Source: Octopus bimaculoides
Lineage: Eukaryota
Length of the DNA: 64,000 bases
NCBI RefSeq assembly: GCF_001194135.2
Contig: NC_068995.1
Span: forward strand, 43,040,440-43,104,439
Reading direction: 5' to 3'
Positions within the stretch are counted from its first letter, which is position 1. Each line of letters opens with the position of its first letter. The position numbers and the translations under genes were made by a program. Positions 1-12,150 of this stretch are shown one piece after another. Under the pieces are notes generated by a model, which was not told the origin of the DNA, searched no databases, and saw only the letters and a list, made by a program, of their open reading frames with translations.

Positions 1-275
1 GTCCGTAGTAGTGTGCCTTCCAGGCACGTTCACTACTTAACGTCTATCAGGCGTTAACTGCGTTGTTGCACTTTAGTCGCTGGATCTTCGTGCGGAATTC
101 CTTAGTGCATGTTTACCTAACTAAAGCAAACAGTACACTCTGTCTACCCTGCCAATTATTCAAAATATGTGCGTCTCTGTGTGTGCGTGTGTATCTTCCT
201 CTCTATATATATACACATAGGCTTATATATAGCTATATATGCTTATAAATAACTATATATGAAATAAATATGACG

Positions 276-277
<2 letters not shown>

Positions 278-358
<81 letters not shown>
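278..358. repeat. (TA)n microsatellite
   Basis: Uninterrupted TA run; it produces the YIYI tail of ORF 233..652. Confidence 0.97.
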
Positions 359-359
<1 letters not shown>

Positions 360-1154
360 CCAGAGAGATAGATGTTCTCTTGGGAACGGAAAAAATAGAT
401 TAGTTTGGTCTGATATTCTGTGGAAATACTCCAGATATAAACAAAAAAAAAACTTGCAATATCTTGTGGTAATAAGTCTCTGAAAACTCGGATAATGTAA
501 TCTAAACCTACTGTGATTCTATTAACACCTTCCAATGGAAGAACAGATGCAGAAATACATTTCAACTGATGGAAATTATGTCCACCGTTTCCAATAAATG
601 TAATTTGAGCGTCTGATTCAAAGTAAAAGCATTTCAGATTATCTTGTATCATTTATATATCTGGACCGATGATTTTATTAAATATTGGTAATGCCGATAT
701 TCTATTGCCTACTTTTATCTCTTTGTTATCTCTTATTTTCTTTATTACATAATATTGATGTTTTTTTGCGATTTTTGTTTTTCGCTTTCTGTTCTGCCTC
801 TCATGTGTTAATTTTCTTCCTTTCACATTGTTTTTCGATTTTCGTATATCAGGAAGAAAGCTTATGATACATTTCCTCTTTTCCCGTCTCTTTTCAATCT
901 ATAATTACATTTATTAGAGTTCTCAGCAACAAGATGATTTACAAAATGGTAAGGGCAACACACAAAAAGCCCCATTGGTAGTTCGCTCTTGTCTCTATAA
1001 ATTTCGAATCCTACTAGCCTTTTCTTTTTTATTCTTTCTCTCGCTTTTTTTCTCTCTGTCCCTTTCTTTCTACCTCACTCTCTAGCTTTTATACCTCAAT
1101 CGATGAAACGGATTTGGACATTATTGTTGTTATTATTATTATTTTATTATTATT

Positions 1155-1249
1155 AGAGTGATGAGCTGACAAAAATCGCTAACACAACGGATGAAATGCT
1201 GAGCCGCATTTATTCTGCCTTTACGTCTTATGTTCAAATTCCGCCGAAG
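1155..1249 (+). mobile_element. Degenerate 5' head of tRNA-derived SINE family A
   Basis: GAGCTGACAAAAATCGCTAACAC...TGTTCAAATTCCGCCGAAG matches the head (A-box/B-box-like) of better copies at 30459 and 43504; preceded by (ATT)n. Confidence 0.7.
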
Positions 1250-1404
1250 CTCTAATTTGTTTTACTAGTTTTGTCTATTTCTGAATCGACAAAGATATCC
1301 GATATTTTTTCTTAACTTTAGCAGCCGTCATCAATGATTTCCTTTCTCTTTTTATTCGTTTCGTAGTTGCCTGAGGTAAAACATGCTCGAATTTCAAATG
1401 TTAT

Positions 1405-2128
1405 TATTGAAAAGAATCCGCTCGAAAGCGTCAGGTTATTTAGATACCTCGGAATTACACTAAAATTTAGGAGTACTCTTGATGAAAAAAATCAATGTTA
1501 GAGTATCCAAGCGATAAATGCTTTGGAAACCATCCTGTTGTTAGTGGGAAGAACACGGTGTCAGTCTGAAAACTAAAATAAAGGTATAAAAGTCTTGTAT
1601 TTTGATAACACTTTCCACGAGTCACAATTATGGTGTCCCTGCAAAAGACATATAACGAAACATCTTCAACAGAAGACAGCAAGATATCAAATGTCAACAT
1701 TTTAGAAAAATGAGACAAGTCCAGTACCAAAACATAGCTGCTGAGAATTCAATGCAGATGGGTAGGACATGTTGTTCGAGTGAAAGATGACCGCATTTCG
1801 AAACTCCTTTAGTCTGGCCAACAAATAGAAGTATATCACCGAAAAAGACCCCTCCTAAGGTAGAAGTATGAGTTGAAGCAATCACCAAAGTCTCTATAGT
1901 TTAATTTGACATTTTGTGAAAGTCATTGCCTGTCTCGTTCTCCATGGTATAAAATGTTATGATGCATCAAAACAATTTGAATTGAAGAAGCAGAAGACTA
2001 AAGGAGTTGTAACCAGGTACATTTTCCCAAATCCTAGGCATACTGAGTATCACCAGTGTCCCAAATGTGACTTCATAGCAAAATCCATACTTGGACTCAA
2101 ATTGCACTCACACATCCATCACAAATAA
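1405..2128 (+). mobile_element. RTE-clade LINE, decayed 3' part (RT C-terminus to terminal Cys/His finger)
   Basis: Translation across stops and frameshifts gives PLESVRLFRYLGITL (LExVxxFxYLGS), LRIQCRWVGHVVRVKDDRISKLL (QLRWxGHVxRMxDxR) and CPKCDFIAKSILGLKLHSH (ORF 1916..2128), the motif order of RTE ORFs. Confidence 0.85.
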
Positions 2129-3508
2129 ACATAGCTACTTTTATTTTTAAAGTTGTTTTCTTTCTATCGATTTTTTATTTAAATCTACTCCTTCAAACTC
2201 ATAAGTCGAAGTTGATGCGAGTGGCCATCACATACGTTCGACATTGAACACATCTCTTAAGAGTTCATAAAGCAAATTCCTGCAAAAAATGTTAATTCTA
2301 GAAGCTTGTAACGAGGCTGTATTGTATGAGAGACACAGGCTATAGTTTCTCGCCGCTTGTGATTTTAGTTTTAACGCATGCGCGCGCGCACGCACACACA
2401 CACACACACACATATTTTAATGCGTTTCCCTCACAATTTTGGCAGTCCACTCCAAGACTGTTTTAGTCTTTTCTCTAACATTCACCCCGGTTTTGTTATT
2501 GAAACATCGAGTAATATCTCCATTTTCCTCACAAACCGTCGTCTTTATTACCATCACATCTGCTTTTTGTTTTTATTAACTCTTGTTTGGTCAAGAGAAA
2601 AATAAATCCCCAAAGACTCGTGCGAGAATCACTTTCATGACAAAATCTAAAAGAAAAGAGACGCTATATAATCGGTATACAGGGTAGAACGAGTAACTTC
2701 AAAACCCATTAATCGCACCCTACTTTTCATTAATCGCACTGGCAAATGAAAAGTACTTGGGTTAATGTTGGTCTTGATCTAATGTTTACAAATATATGTT
2801 GTAAATAATCCATGACATGATCCCTTTTGATCATTGCTTTACGCATTCTGATTCTTTTGGTGATGTTTCCTATTGTAAATCCATATTCGCTATTAACCAG
2901 ACTATAAAATTTACCCTTTCGCAATAATATCACTTCATACTACTACAGTGTTTCAACTTATATGATCGTCATCATTCTTTGAACATTACCATAAATCCAG
3001 CTCTAACTTATTTTACTAGTTTTGTCGATTTCTGCATCGACAAAGATTTCCGATTTTTTTTTAACTTTGGCAGCCGTCATCAATGATTGCCTTTCTCTTT
3101 TTACTCGTTCATCTTTCAACAACGTCAATTGATATTTTTCTGCTATGCTTTTTGTTCGCCCGATTAAGTAGCTCTGTTGCAGGTTTCCATTATTGTCTTC
3201 CATTTGTTATTCTTCTCCGTACTTGCACATTTGAACCTCCCAACGATGTTGCAAATATATTTTTCTTTCCTATAATAATAGTGTGTTTTGTCATACATGG
3301 GTAGTGTTAATACGAATTCCCCTTTTATTTGATGCGTAAAACATACATAGGTACACGCACACATACACGCATGCACGCACGCACCTATACAGTCACATAT
3401 ATACATATGTACGGACGTACAAACATACTATTTACATACATATGTGTGTGTGTCCGTCCGCGCGCGTTTCTGTGTATGTAATACCGTAACTGATTTATTG
3501 GTATTAAC

Positions 3509-3706
3509 TTTTCTACTCCCCGACATTTTGGGGGAGGGGGCAATCGATTAGATCGATCCCCGGTACGCAACTCGTACTTAATTTATCGACCCCGGATGGA
3601 TTAAAGGCAAGGTCAGCCTGGGCGGAATTTGAACTCAGAACGTAAAGACAAGCGAAATACCGCCAAGCATATCGCCCGGCGTTTTAACGTATCTTCCTGC
3701 CGCCTT
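3509..3706 (-). mobile_element. SINE family A, near full length
   Basis: Reverse complement reads AAGGCGGCAGGAAGATACGTTAAAACGCCGGGCGA...GTTCTGAGTTCAAATTCCGCC...GGGGTCGATAAATTAAGTAC, collinear with the 30459 and 43504 copies. Confidence 0.9.
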
Positions 3707-4498
3707 GATTTATTGATATAATGAATTGTGCGTCACGAACTGCTGGTAAATTAAGCCATTTCATTCAGTATAATTGAAAAGCTATTAACTGTATCCTTGA
3801 ACTATCATTTAAAAGCTGATCTATATGTTGGAGTAGACTCAGCACCATACACTAATGATTGGATTCTATCGAAATAGAGAGGAATTACACAGAAAGTTCT
3901 AGTTGTGAGAGTATTGAATTGCTTGGACGGAAATAGAATTCAATTCTTGTAATCAGTAAACGTCAGTGGAAGAGCTTTGAAAGAACACCTAGGTAAATTG
4001 TAAAGTCGTTTCAAACCTGCAAAACCAAAAATGATATAGAGAATATATAGCTATTACAGACGCGCATACACACACGAGAAATACCACTACGAGTGAACAA
4101 CAGTAGGGCTAAGGAAATATGTAGAATAATAAATGAGTAACTTATGCGTGTGAGGAGGCACCTAAAATAACTTAATAAATATTTCTTTACATACAAAATA
4201 AAAAATAAAACGAAAACTAGAAACTAATTGCAACAAAGAAAACTACATCAATGAAAAAAGAAAAAAAATCTGAAAATTTGAACAAAAGCAAAATCAAAAT
4301 AGATTTTGAAAATATACGAATAGGGAAATAGAGAGGAAAAAATGACCAGTTGTCTAGACAGTGAGGAAGTCAGGCACATGAAAAGCCGACTATGTGCCAA
4401 AGGTTCTAGAATATAGGAAAAATAGGTTTTACTTCGGAAACAACAGATCAATGTCATAGACACACATAGCATATATAAAAACGAACAGATGAAACATG

Positions 4499-5144
4499 CG
4501 CAGGAGTGGGTGTGTGGTAAGACGTTTGCTTTCCAACCACATGGTTCCAGTTTCAGTCCCACTATGTGGAATCATGTGCAAATGTCTTCTACTATATCCT
4601 CGGGCTGACTAAAGCCTTGTGAATGACTTTGTTAGAAACTGAAAGAGGCCCGTCATATATATATATATATATACATACATATATATATATATATACATAC
4701 ATACATACAGGGTGTCCCAAAAAGATGTACTGACTCGTTGATTTCCCAGTACTCATGCATTTTGTGTTCAAGTCGATGTTTATTGAAATACATACAATCC
4801 GAAAAAGTTAAATTAGATTCAGGAAAATAGATTGTTGTAGAAACGATTATTTATTGTCATTTAGAATTATTTTATGTTCTCTCTCATTCCTGCGTGTTCG
4901 CAAATGTTCAAACTGCTTTCCTTCATATTCCAAACGAAGCTGATAACGTCCAACAATGGATTCGAGAACTTTGCCAAACATTTCATTTGGCCTGATAGCT
5001 GGGGAACGTGCAGGAAATTCAACGCTACCTATCCTCCCAATCCATTTGTTTGGATTTGTTGCATCGAGGTAAGCTCGTACATCACGATGGTAGTGAGGAG
5101 GAGTAATCGTCTGTCAAAGAGTGAGTACATCTTTTTGGGATACC

Positions 5145-5181
<37 letters not shown>

Positions 5182-5410
5182 TGTGTGTATGTATGTGTGT
5201 GTGTGTGTGTGTGTTTTTGTATTTGTCCCCCACATCATCGCTTGACAACTGATGTTGGTGAGTTTACGTACCCGTAACTAGCGGTTCGGCAAAAGACGCC
5301 GACAGAATAAGTAATAGACTGTCAAAGAATAGGTCCTGGGGACCATTTGCTCGACTAAATGCGGTGTTCCAGCTTGGCCACAGTAAAATGACTTAAACAA
5401 GTAAAAGAAT
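4499..5410 (+). mobile_element. SINE family B (tRNA-like head, internal AT/GT microsatellite, tail ending GTAAAAGAAT), interrupted by a Tc1/mariner derivative
   Basis: Head about 4499-4655 and tail about 5210-5410 are collinear with the second copy at 9800-10145 (AAAGCCTTGTGA...GAAACTGAAAG...CGCTTG(A/G)CAAC...TTTACGT(A/C)CCCGTAAC...AAACAAGTAAA). Confidence 0.8.
4708..5147 (-). mobile_element. 440-bp non-autonomous Tc1/mariner deletion derivative
   Basis: 24-bp TIRs CAGGGTGTCCCAAAAAGATGTACT / AGTACATCTTTTTGGGATACCCTG (1 mismatch) and TA on both sides. The minus strand encodes DVRAYLDATNPNKWIGRIGSVEFPARSP fused to ...RYQLRLEYEGKQFEHL, i.e. the WIGRGG/WPPRSPDL and GxxFEHL transposase C-terminal motifs. 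Confidence 0.92.
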
Positions 5411-6080
5411 AAACAATTCGCTATCATCGACTACAAATTGCGCAATTATTATACCAGAATGATTAACTTTATTTCTGGTTGCACTATATTTGTAAACCCA
5501 TAATATATCCAAAGAATTGATTATGTTTGCAGTTACGTCCACTGGGCAATATGCCGATGGTTGGAAGTAGTAAGAAGTGATAAAATAATAAATCTTTCAG
5601 TGTATTTTGAGTATATGACAACTATCTTGTTGCGGTAATTTTTAGACATACCTGTTCAAAGTGAGGATTAGATCGAGCCAAATCTAGACGTGTTTGAAAA
5701 TATATGGACGTAAGTATATGCACTTAGAGTGATATCTTGATCTGTCCTACTACAAAACATCGATCGAAAAGAAGTGGACAGTAAATGTAATATCAATAAC
5801 AGTTGGACGACTGTATATAATAATCAAGAACCTGAACAAACTCATAAAACCATACAAAGACATACAATACCATGAATTGCAATTCAAAACAGACCAAACC
5901 ATACCGATGGTGTCAATTGAAAAGCAAATATCACTCACTAAATTTCAGAACAAAGCGCAGAATATACACAAAAGATTTATCACCGAATAGTTAAAATATT
6001 TGTTTCAAAATTCTCTTCTCTTAGACAAGGGAATTATCCTATTTTAACTGACAGCTAGAAACTAAATTCATATATATATA

Positions 6081-6111
<31 letters not shown>

Positions 6112-6678
6112 ATAGATAGATAGATTTTACGTGGCCGATTCTTTCTTGTCTTGACATTCACGTTCAAACGGCTGGGTGGAACTGCAGGAAAAACTATACA
6201 GTTATGTAGACTGATCCGGTGGTGATACTGGGCTTTCTATTTTTTTCATAGCTCCTATGGTTACCGAGATAATCTATTACAATAATACTCTTGTGTTTTT
6301 GAATGTGAAAGGAAGGGATGATAGATGAATAAGGAAAGAAGAGGTGATGTCATACTTGGTAGTGGGATGATGAAAATTGTACGCTGAAAAGATAAATCAA
6401 CCAGCGTTTCAACTTTGTGTGAATATATGAGTGAGTATGTAAAAGGGGGTTTGTGAATGTGCGTGTGTGCGCAATGGAAGTGGGATGGTTCATCTTTGTT
6501 CGCTTAGTATTTGGGTTTATTTTTTGATTCGGTTGAATCTTGGTTTTGACAGAAAAAAAGTCATTCTAAAATTGTTTTTTAACGTAAGCGTGCCCAAACA
6601 AATCCAATGCTTACACAGACGAGGTTTTACAGCTACCTCATCCAAACCAACCGGGTGAAACAGAGATTAGCTGCTAGA

Positions 6679-6679
<1 letters not shown>

Positions 6680-6762
<83 letters not shown>
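6680..6762. repeat. (TG)n microsatellite
   Basis: Pure TG run; source of the CVCV/HTHT ORFs. Confidence 0.97.
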
Positions 6763-6764
<2 letters not shown>

Positions 6765-8011
6765 CCACACAATAAGTATAAAGACTATTACCGTAGTAAC
6801 GAAGTTAAAGCACACAGCGTAAAGCCTCTTGGCATAGATTGAACTTGATTGCCGTTGTACATGCACACTAAGTCTTAACATTCTGGCTCAATTTCGCTCT
6901 TTACAAAGAGGTTATGGGATGTATTTGTTTTTGTTTTATCTACAGATCACATTACACCGCTTATATAACACAAATAACATCGGCGGAAAAGTTTCAATGC
7001 CGCTTCTGCAGATGAAATTGTAAAACAAATTACCAATACGGAACAGACAATTGTCATCAAGTCTTATGATATTAAAATTTTGCCATATTTTACTAATCCT
7101 TAAACAATGTTTATGTAAATAGTTTTCCCGTAGAATTGAAACTAGCTCTAGGAGAATTCTACAACAGAATAAATTAATTCGAGATAATATATTGGGCCCA
7201 AATGTTTGTTTATTCAAATTTCTCATGTAATCTTTCATCAAATTCTCACTCAGATTTATGTACAATTCCCAAAAGCGTTTATTTCTACTAGGAACTGACA
7301 TCTTCTCTAACACCATCTGAGTCTCACACTATTCACATCACCTAACTATAATCGTACATCCCACATTGATTTTCGTCTCCCATTTTCTCCATGTTTGTCT
7401 TTTCCCAGAGCATTAGTTCTCTACCTATTTCTTCTTTTCCTACGCCGTCTTGCGGCGCACGTACACTACCTCCATTTTTTTCCAATAGTTTGAAGAATTA
7501 TTAACTTTCGAAACATTAGAATTTTTGTTCAAATTATCAATTTTATTCTTCTGTTATGTTTTTGATTTAGTCCCGGCAGACTATATACCACGCGAGCAAT
7601 TATCGATGCCAGAAAACAACTCAATTTATACGAAATATAATCAAAAAGCAACACTCCATCACCTGAAGCAGCTCAGGCAGTCACAAAACAAGGTGCCTTA
7701 TCATATGACCCACAAATTAACATGATTCAAATAACAGATATTCAACATAATAAATACTCACTTAACGTGACACAAACCACAAACGAATCCTTACAACAGA
7801 GTGAAACACATGCATGTTGCATATAACGACGCTTCTACATTTCATGCAAATCAGTGGATACGCAATACAATAACATAGATATCCTCCCGGAAAGGTAGAC
7901 ATTTTCATATATTTTTGTTAAATCACATTTAAAGAATATATTCTAATATGAAATATTAAGTTCCAACAGCCAATATTTTACAAGGTTACAACGACAACCA
8001 CCTCCACTGCG

Positions 8012-8428
8012 TGAGGAGGATTTTAATCGATTTCATCGACCACAGTATTCGACTAGTACTTATCTTATTGACTTCGACAGGATGAAAGGCAAAATTGACC
8101 TTCGCAGAATTTGAACTCAATGTACCGACGGGCGAAGTACCGCTTACCATTTCGCCCAGCGTGCTAACGATTCCTTCAGCTTACTGCCTTATAAAATAGT
8201 AATAATAATGATAACAATAATAGTCATAATAATCTTTTCTAATGTAGACACAAGGTCTGAAATTTTTCTAGATTACATCGACCCCATTTCTTGACTGGTA
8301 CTTAATTTATCGACCCCGAAAGAATGTAAAGCAAAATGCACCTCGGAGGAATTTGAACTCAAAACGTATCCCCAAACGAAATGCCGCTCAGCATTTCACT
8401 CGGCGTGCTAACGATTCTGTCAGTTCGC
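8012..8428 (-). mobile_element. Two tandem SINE family A copies (about 8012-8190 and 8234-8428)
   Basis: Each has GAATTTGAACTCA (B-box, reverse) and GCGTGCTAACGATT; they are separated by an (AAT)n-rich spacer. Confidence 0.85.
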
Positions 8429-8471
8429 AGGAATTTGAGTGTAATAAGGAAGACTGAGAGAGAAATCAAAC

Positions 8472-9195
8472 CCAAAAGCAGATGCCGATCGTTTTTATCT
8501 TCCCAGAGCTCAAGGAAGTGGATGTTTATTCCAATTTGAAATCTCTTGCAAAACCATCACGAGTGGGCTGGCAAAATATCTTGAAAATTCTAACGACTGC
8601 ATGCTAAAACTCCTTGAAAACCACGAGAGACACAAGAAGATTCATTCTATTATGAAGGGAAGTAAAAGATTTACTAGTGAGTTCATGCATAATATCCATG
8701 CCAATAGTGTAAATAACGACATGACAGAGTTGGCCAATATTTACATTGGATAATATGTCGGCATTATAAAATCAAAACTACTGACAAATGGTACACGCAC
8801 CAACCTGAAACCGTAACTGAGGGAGAAAATGCAAGTAGGACTTTCTAATATGTACAGACCAGCCTCTCAAAACTCATAAAACAGATATTGTTATGAAAGA
8901 CCAAAACAATAAAGGTTGCTTATTGATTGACATTTTCATACCCTATGATCATGATATCTCGGCAAAAAAATTTGATAAGCTCAGAGAATATAAAGATTTG
9001 CTAATTGAAATCTAAAAGATGTAGCATCTCAAGACGGTTAATATATCCGTGATTGTAGGAACACTTGGAATGATTAAAACATGAACTGAAAATTATTTGA
9101 GAATGGTCCGTGGGTTATCATCCGCGCAGGAAGTGCAAAAGGTTATCTTAACTTGTACGTAACACGTACTGAGAAGAGTATTATTGCTGTAAATT
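8472..9195 (+). mobile_element. R4/Dong-like non-LTR retrotransposon fragment (RT C-terminus, internal deletion, restriction-like endonuclease)
   Basis: 8472-8753 reads PKADADRFYLPRAQGSGCLFQFE...GLAKYLENSNDCMLKLL. It is followed by WIICRHYKIKTTDKWYTHQPETVTEGEN and DIVMKDQNNKGCLLIDIFIPYDHDISAKKFDKLREYKDL...VIVGTLGMIK (PD-(D/E)xK-type REL domain). Confidence 0.85.
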
Positions 9196-9799
9196 ATTTT
9201 TCATTTTTACCCCTTTATTTTCTTTGTTTCCATGTTTTCATTTTTCCTTTTCCTCTTTGTCTTTCTTTCACCTTTTCTCTATCAAATGATAGAAATGAAC
9301 GATCTAGTGTATTAATTTTAATGACCTACCAATGATATAGTAAGTTTCTCTGCCCTAGGTATCAGGAAGACATTTGACAAGAAATGGATACAGAATTGAA
9401 AGATGATAATAACATCAACAATAAAAACAGTAATACAACTGACGCACGATCCTTTACGACTACAGTGATAATTGTTTAGATATTCAGAGATCTTTGATCT
9501 TCTATGCCTTTGTCTTATCTTTTGTGTAAAACCACTTCTAAATTTCAGTAACTGTTCGAGATCAGGAATAATAAAACGCTAAAACAAGAGCATACACTTG
9601 GATCAAACAAAATTACGAATATTAAATAATTAAAGACTGCAGAAGTAGAATGCGTTACAAACAAAGCACGTTGTATATTAGGGAATTATGAACGTATATT
9701 ATTTATAACCAAGGAGAAGCTAAATACGAAAATGAATTTGCTCACAACATTTTCTTGCAGTTCCAGCAATAATTTATAGATTCGAAGTTCAGCCTTATT

Positions 9800-10145
9800 G
9801 CGAAGCACTTTGGACAAGTGTCTTCTACTCATAGTTTTAGGCCGACCAAAGCCTTGTGAGTCGAATTGGTAGACAGAAACTGAAAGTAGCCCATCGTTTT
9901 TATGTATATGTGTGTGTTTGTGTGTGTCTGTTTGTGTCTGTGCCTGTCCCCCTATCACCGCTTGGCAACCGGTGTTGGTGTGTTTACGTCCCCGTAACCT
10001 AGGGGTCCGTCAAAAGTTACCGATAGTATAAACTATGTACTGGGGTCGAATCATTCGACTGAAACAAATTGTCCAAAGCGGTGCTGCAGCAAGGCAACAG
10101 TCTAATGAATGAAACAAGTAAAGGATAAACGAAAGATAAAGGATA
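9800..10145 (+). mobile_element. SINE family B, 5'-degenerate copy
   Basis: Collinear with 4499-5410, including the internal GT-rich microsatellite at the same position. Confidence 0.8.
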
Positions 10146-10519
10146 ATGATTCCAATTAGAATATACTTCCTAAATCTAACGTAGAATGATTCAGTAACCG
10201 CGAATACAGAGAGTTGCTGCTCATGTTCGGTTACAAAACTATATTCTTATAGGCGCTGTAGAACTACAGATATATTTAGATATGAATAATGAAAAACTGA
10301 TAGAAATATCACAAACACAGTAATTAGATAAAACGGAGTTTCCCCTTTCCAGTGATCCCCCAACTAGATTCATGCCCTGAAATATTATTGTATTGATGTG
10401 AGTTTTGGTAGTTAAAATGATCCCCTCATAGTTTTGGCTGTTAACATGGTTTTGCTCGCAGTAGATATTTTATGCTTTCGTTTTTGCCGGCTCTTTTTTT
10501 TTACGTTTTAGCCTACTAA

Positions 10520-11150
10520 ATCCTCAAAGCAAATGAAGGACAAAGTTATCTCCCTGTAATTTCCAGGTATTCATTATTTGTAATATGAGGAGTATTCGTT
10601 CACTTAATACGGAGTCCCACAGTTATGCAGGTGTTGTTTTTCTTGTGTTTCACAGCACTTGCTTTAGGCATTGCATTCATTTATATTTTCTTCTAGCTTT
10701 TAAGATCTTCTTAGATTGGAGTCGAACGTTTTCGTTTTATTTAAAGATTATTCGTTGTTTTATATAACAATGCTTCTTTGCGATCTGGCTAGGATCTTCT
10801 AATTTTTTTTTTAAACATTCGTCTGAGTTTGAATAATTTGTTATTTGTTGTCAACTTTTGTGTATTTTCTCTCATCATATTGATCTTTTCCCTGTTTAGG
10901 ATTGAAGAAATTCTCTTTAAATTTGTATATTTTTTATATTTGTTTACCCATTTGCTTTATATTTTTGAATGTTTTAGTAGTTTTATAAGAGCAGATTGTA
11001 GGCGGAATCCACATTCCTTTGTAACTAATGTGATTTCTGCGCATAGTATTCTGTTCAGCTTCGTCATCTGCTGTTTGCATTTGATTTCATTAAATCTACG
11101 ATGACGAGATTTGAAATATTTAGTATTGTTTCCTATATCATTGCTTAATT
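10520..11150 (-). mobile_element. Possible highly decayed pre-RT segment of an R4-like LINE
   Basis: Strong A-rich bias on the minus strand and weak similarity to the QNxxFxxNxKKFYRxL...FWxxIWS region. Many stops; assignment is tentative. Confidence 0.3.
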
Positions 11151-11319
11151 TTTATCCTTAAGAGGTACGTGTTTTGTGTTCCCTAGAAAGATCTGAGAAT
11201 ATTAATATTTAGATAATTGTATCTTTAGATTTATACTCAGAATTTCCAAGTTTAGAATCGTCAATTCTTATTTTATTTCCCCTATTCTCTTGCGATATTT
11301 TATTCAAATAAATTTTATT

Positions 11320-12150
11320 TTTCAGTGAATTTATATTTATTGCGTGATTTCACTTCACTACCGAGTGTTTGCTGGTTTTGAGTTATACATCGCATTGTAT
11401 TAAGAAACACATTGTTATGTATGTACAGTGTATATTTTATAATAAAACTATTTTCTCTATATTATGCATATGTGTAATTCCCGAGGTTTGGGTTACGTAT
11501 TTAAGTGCATGTATTTTAATCATTCCCAAGATGTTTGTTTTTATGGAGGCTGTTTCTATTTTCAGTACACATTTTCTCTTTATCTTTATTTTCAGATCCT
11601 TATATTAGGATAACTTCTCCATTTCTTTTAGCGATACATTACTGCTAATGGATTATTCCATTAGGAAGTATTTCGTTTCTTGTTGGTCTCGGACATCAAT
11701 ATCTCCCAGAATTATCTCGATGCATCTGCCCTTACACATATTCCAGTGTATGATCTATATTTTATTCCCTAAGATCCATTTTTCATGTATGATTTTTATC
11801 ATCACTTCGTTTGTGATGTTTCATTACATAATCTTTTCCTGTGTTGCTAGTATTTTCATACCTGCTCGTGTGCATTCGAATGAGTAAAACTGGGCTGCAC
11901 GAAATATATCATCTTCATCTTTTCTCTTACTTAACATACCCAGCTGCATTACATGTTTTAATGATTTACGACGCAAAATTTGTAATCCTGTGCCTCAGTC
12001 AAGAAACATTTCAGTCTCAGCTTTGAATCACGTGGTTCTCAGACACTGCTGCGTTTCTTATTGCCCATTTCGACACAGTTGAAGTTTTCAGGTATATCCC
12101 ATGTATTGGCTTTTCTTGTCATTACTTATGTAAGAGATTCTGTTGCCTAA
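11320..12150 (-). mobile_element. Second, more decayed copy of the R4-like LINE 3' end
   Basis: DIDVRDQQETKYFL...SLKEMEKLS*YKDLKIK matches the 17.1-kb copy (DIIVRDHQEKQ*FLIDVSVP...LKETEIFSKYKDLEIK). The 3' UTR CACTCGGTAGTGAAGTGAAATCACGCAATAAATATAAA matches CACTTGGTAGTGCAGTGAAAGCACCTAATAAAAATAAAA. Confidence 0.8.

Noticed and set aside
233-652. 139-aa ORF and the many YIYI/HTHT/CVCV/SLSL ORFs across the window
   Set aside because: They are stop-free only because they run through dinucleotide microsatellites; no domain recognised in the unique parts.
1916-2128. C2H2 zinc-finger gene (CPKC...H...H), tempting given the octopus ZNF expansion
   Set aside because: Single finger with no TGEKP linker, directly downstream of RTE RT motifs; it is the LINE's terminal finger.
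6936-7316. 126-aa minus ORF, and a strong plus-strand acceptor at about 6945
   Set aside because: No recognisable motif. All three frames after the acceptor stop within about 25 codons and there is no good donor.
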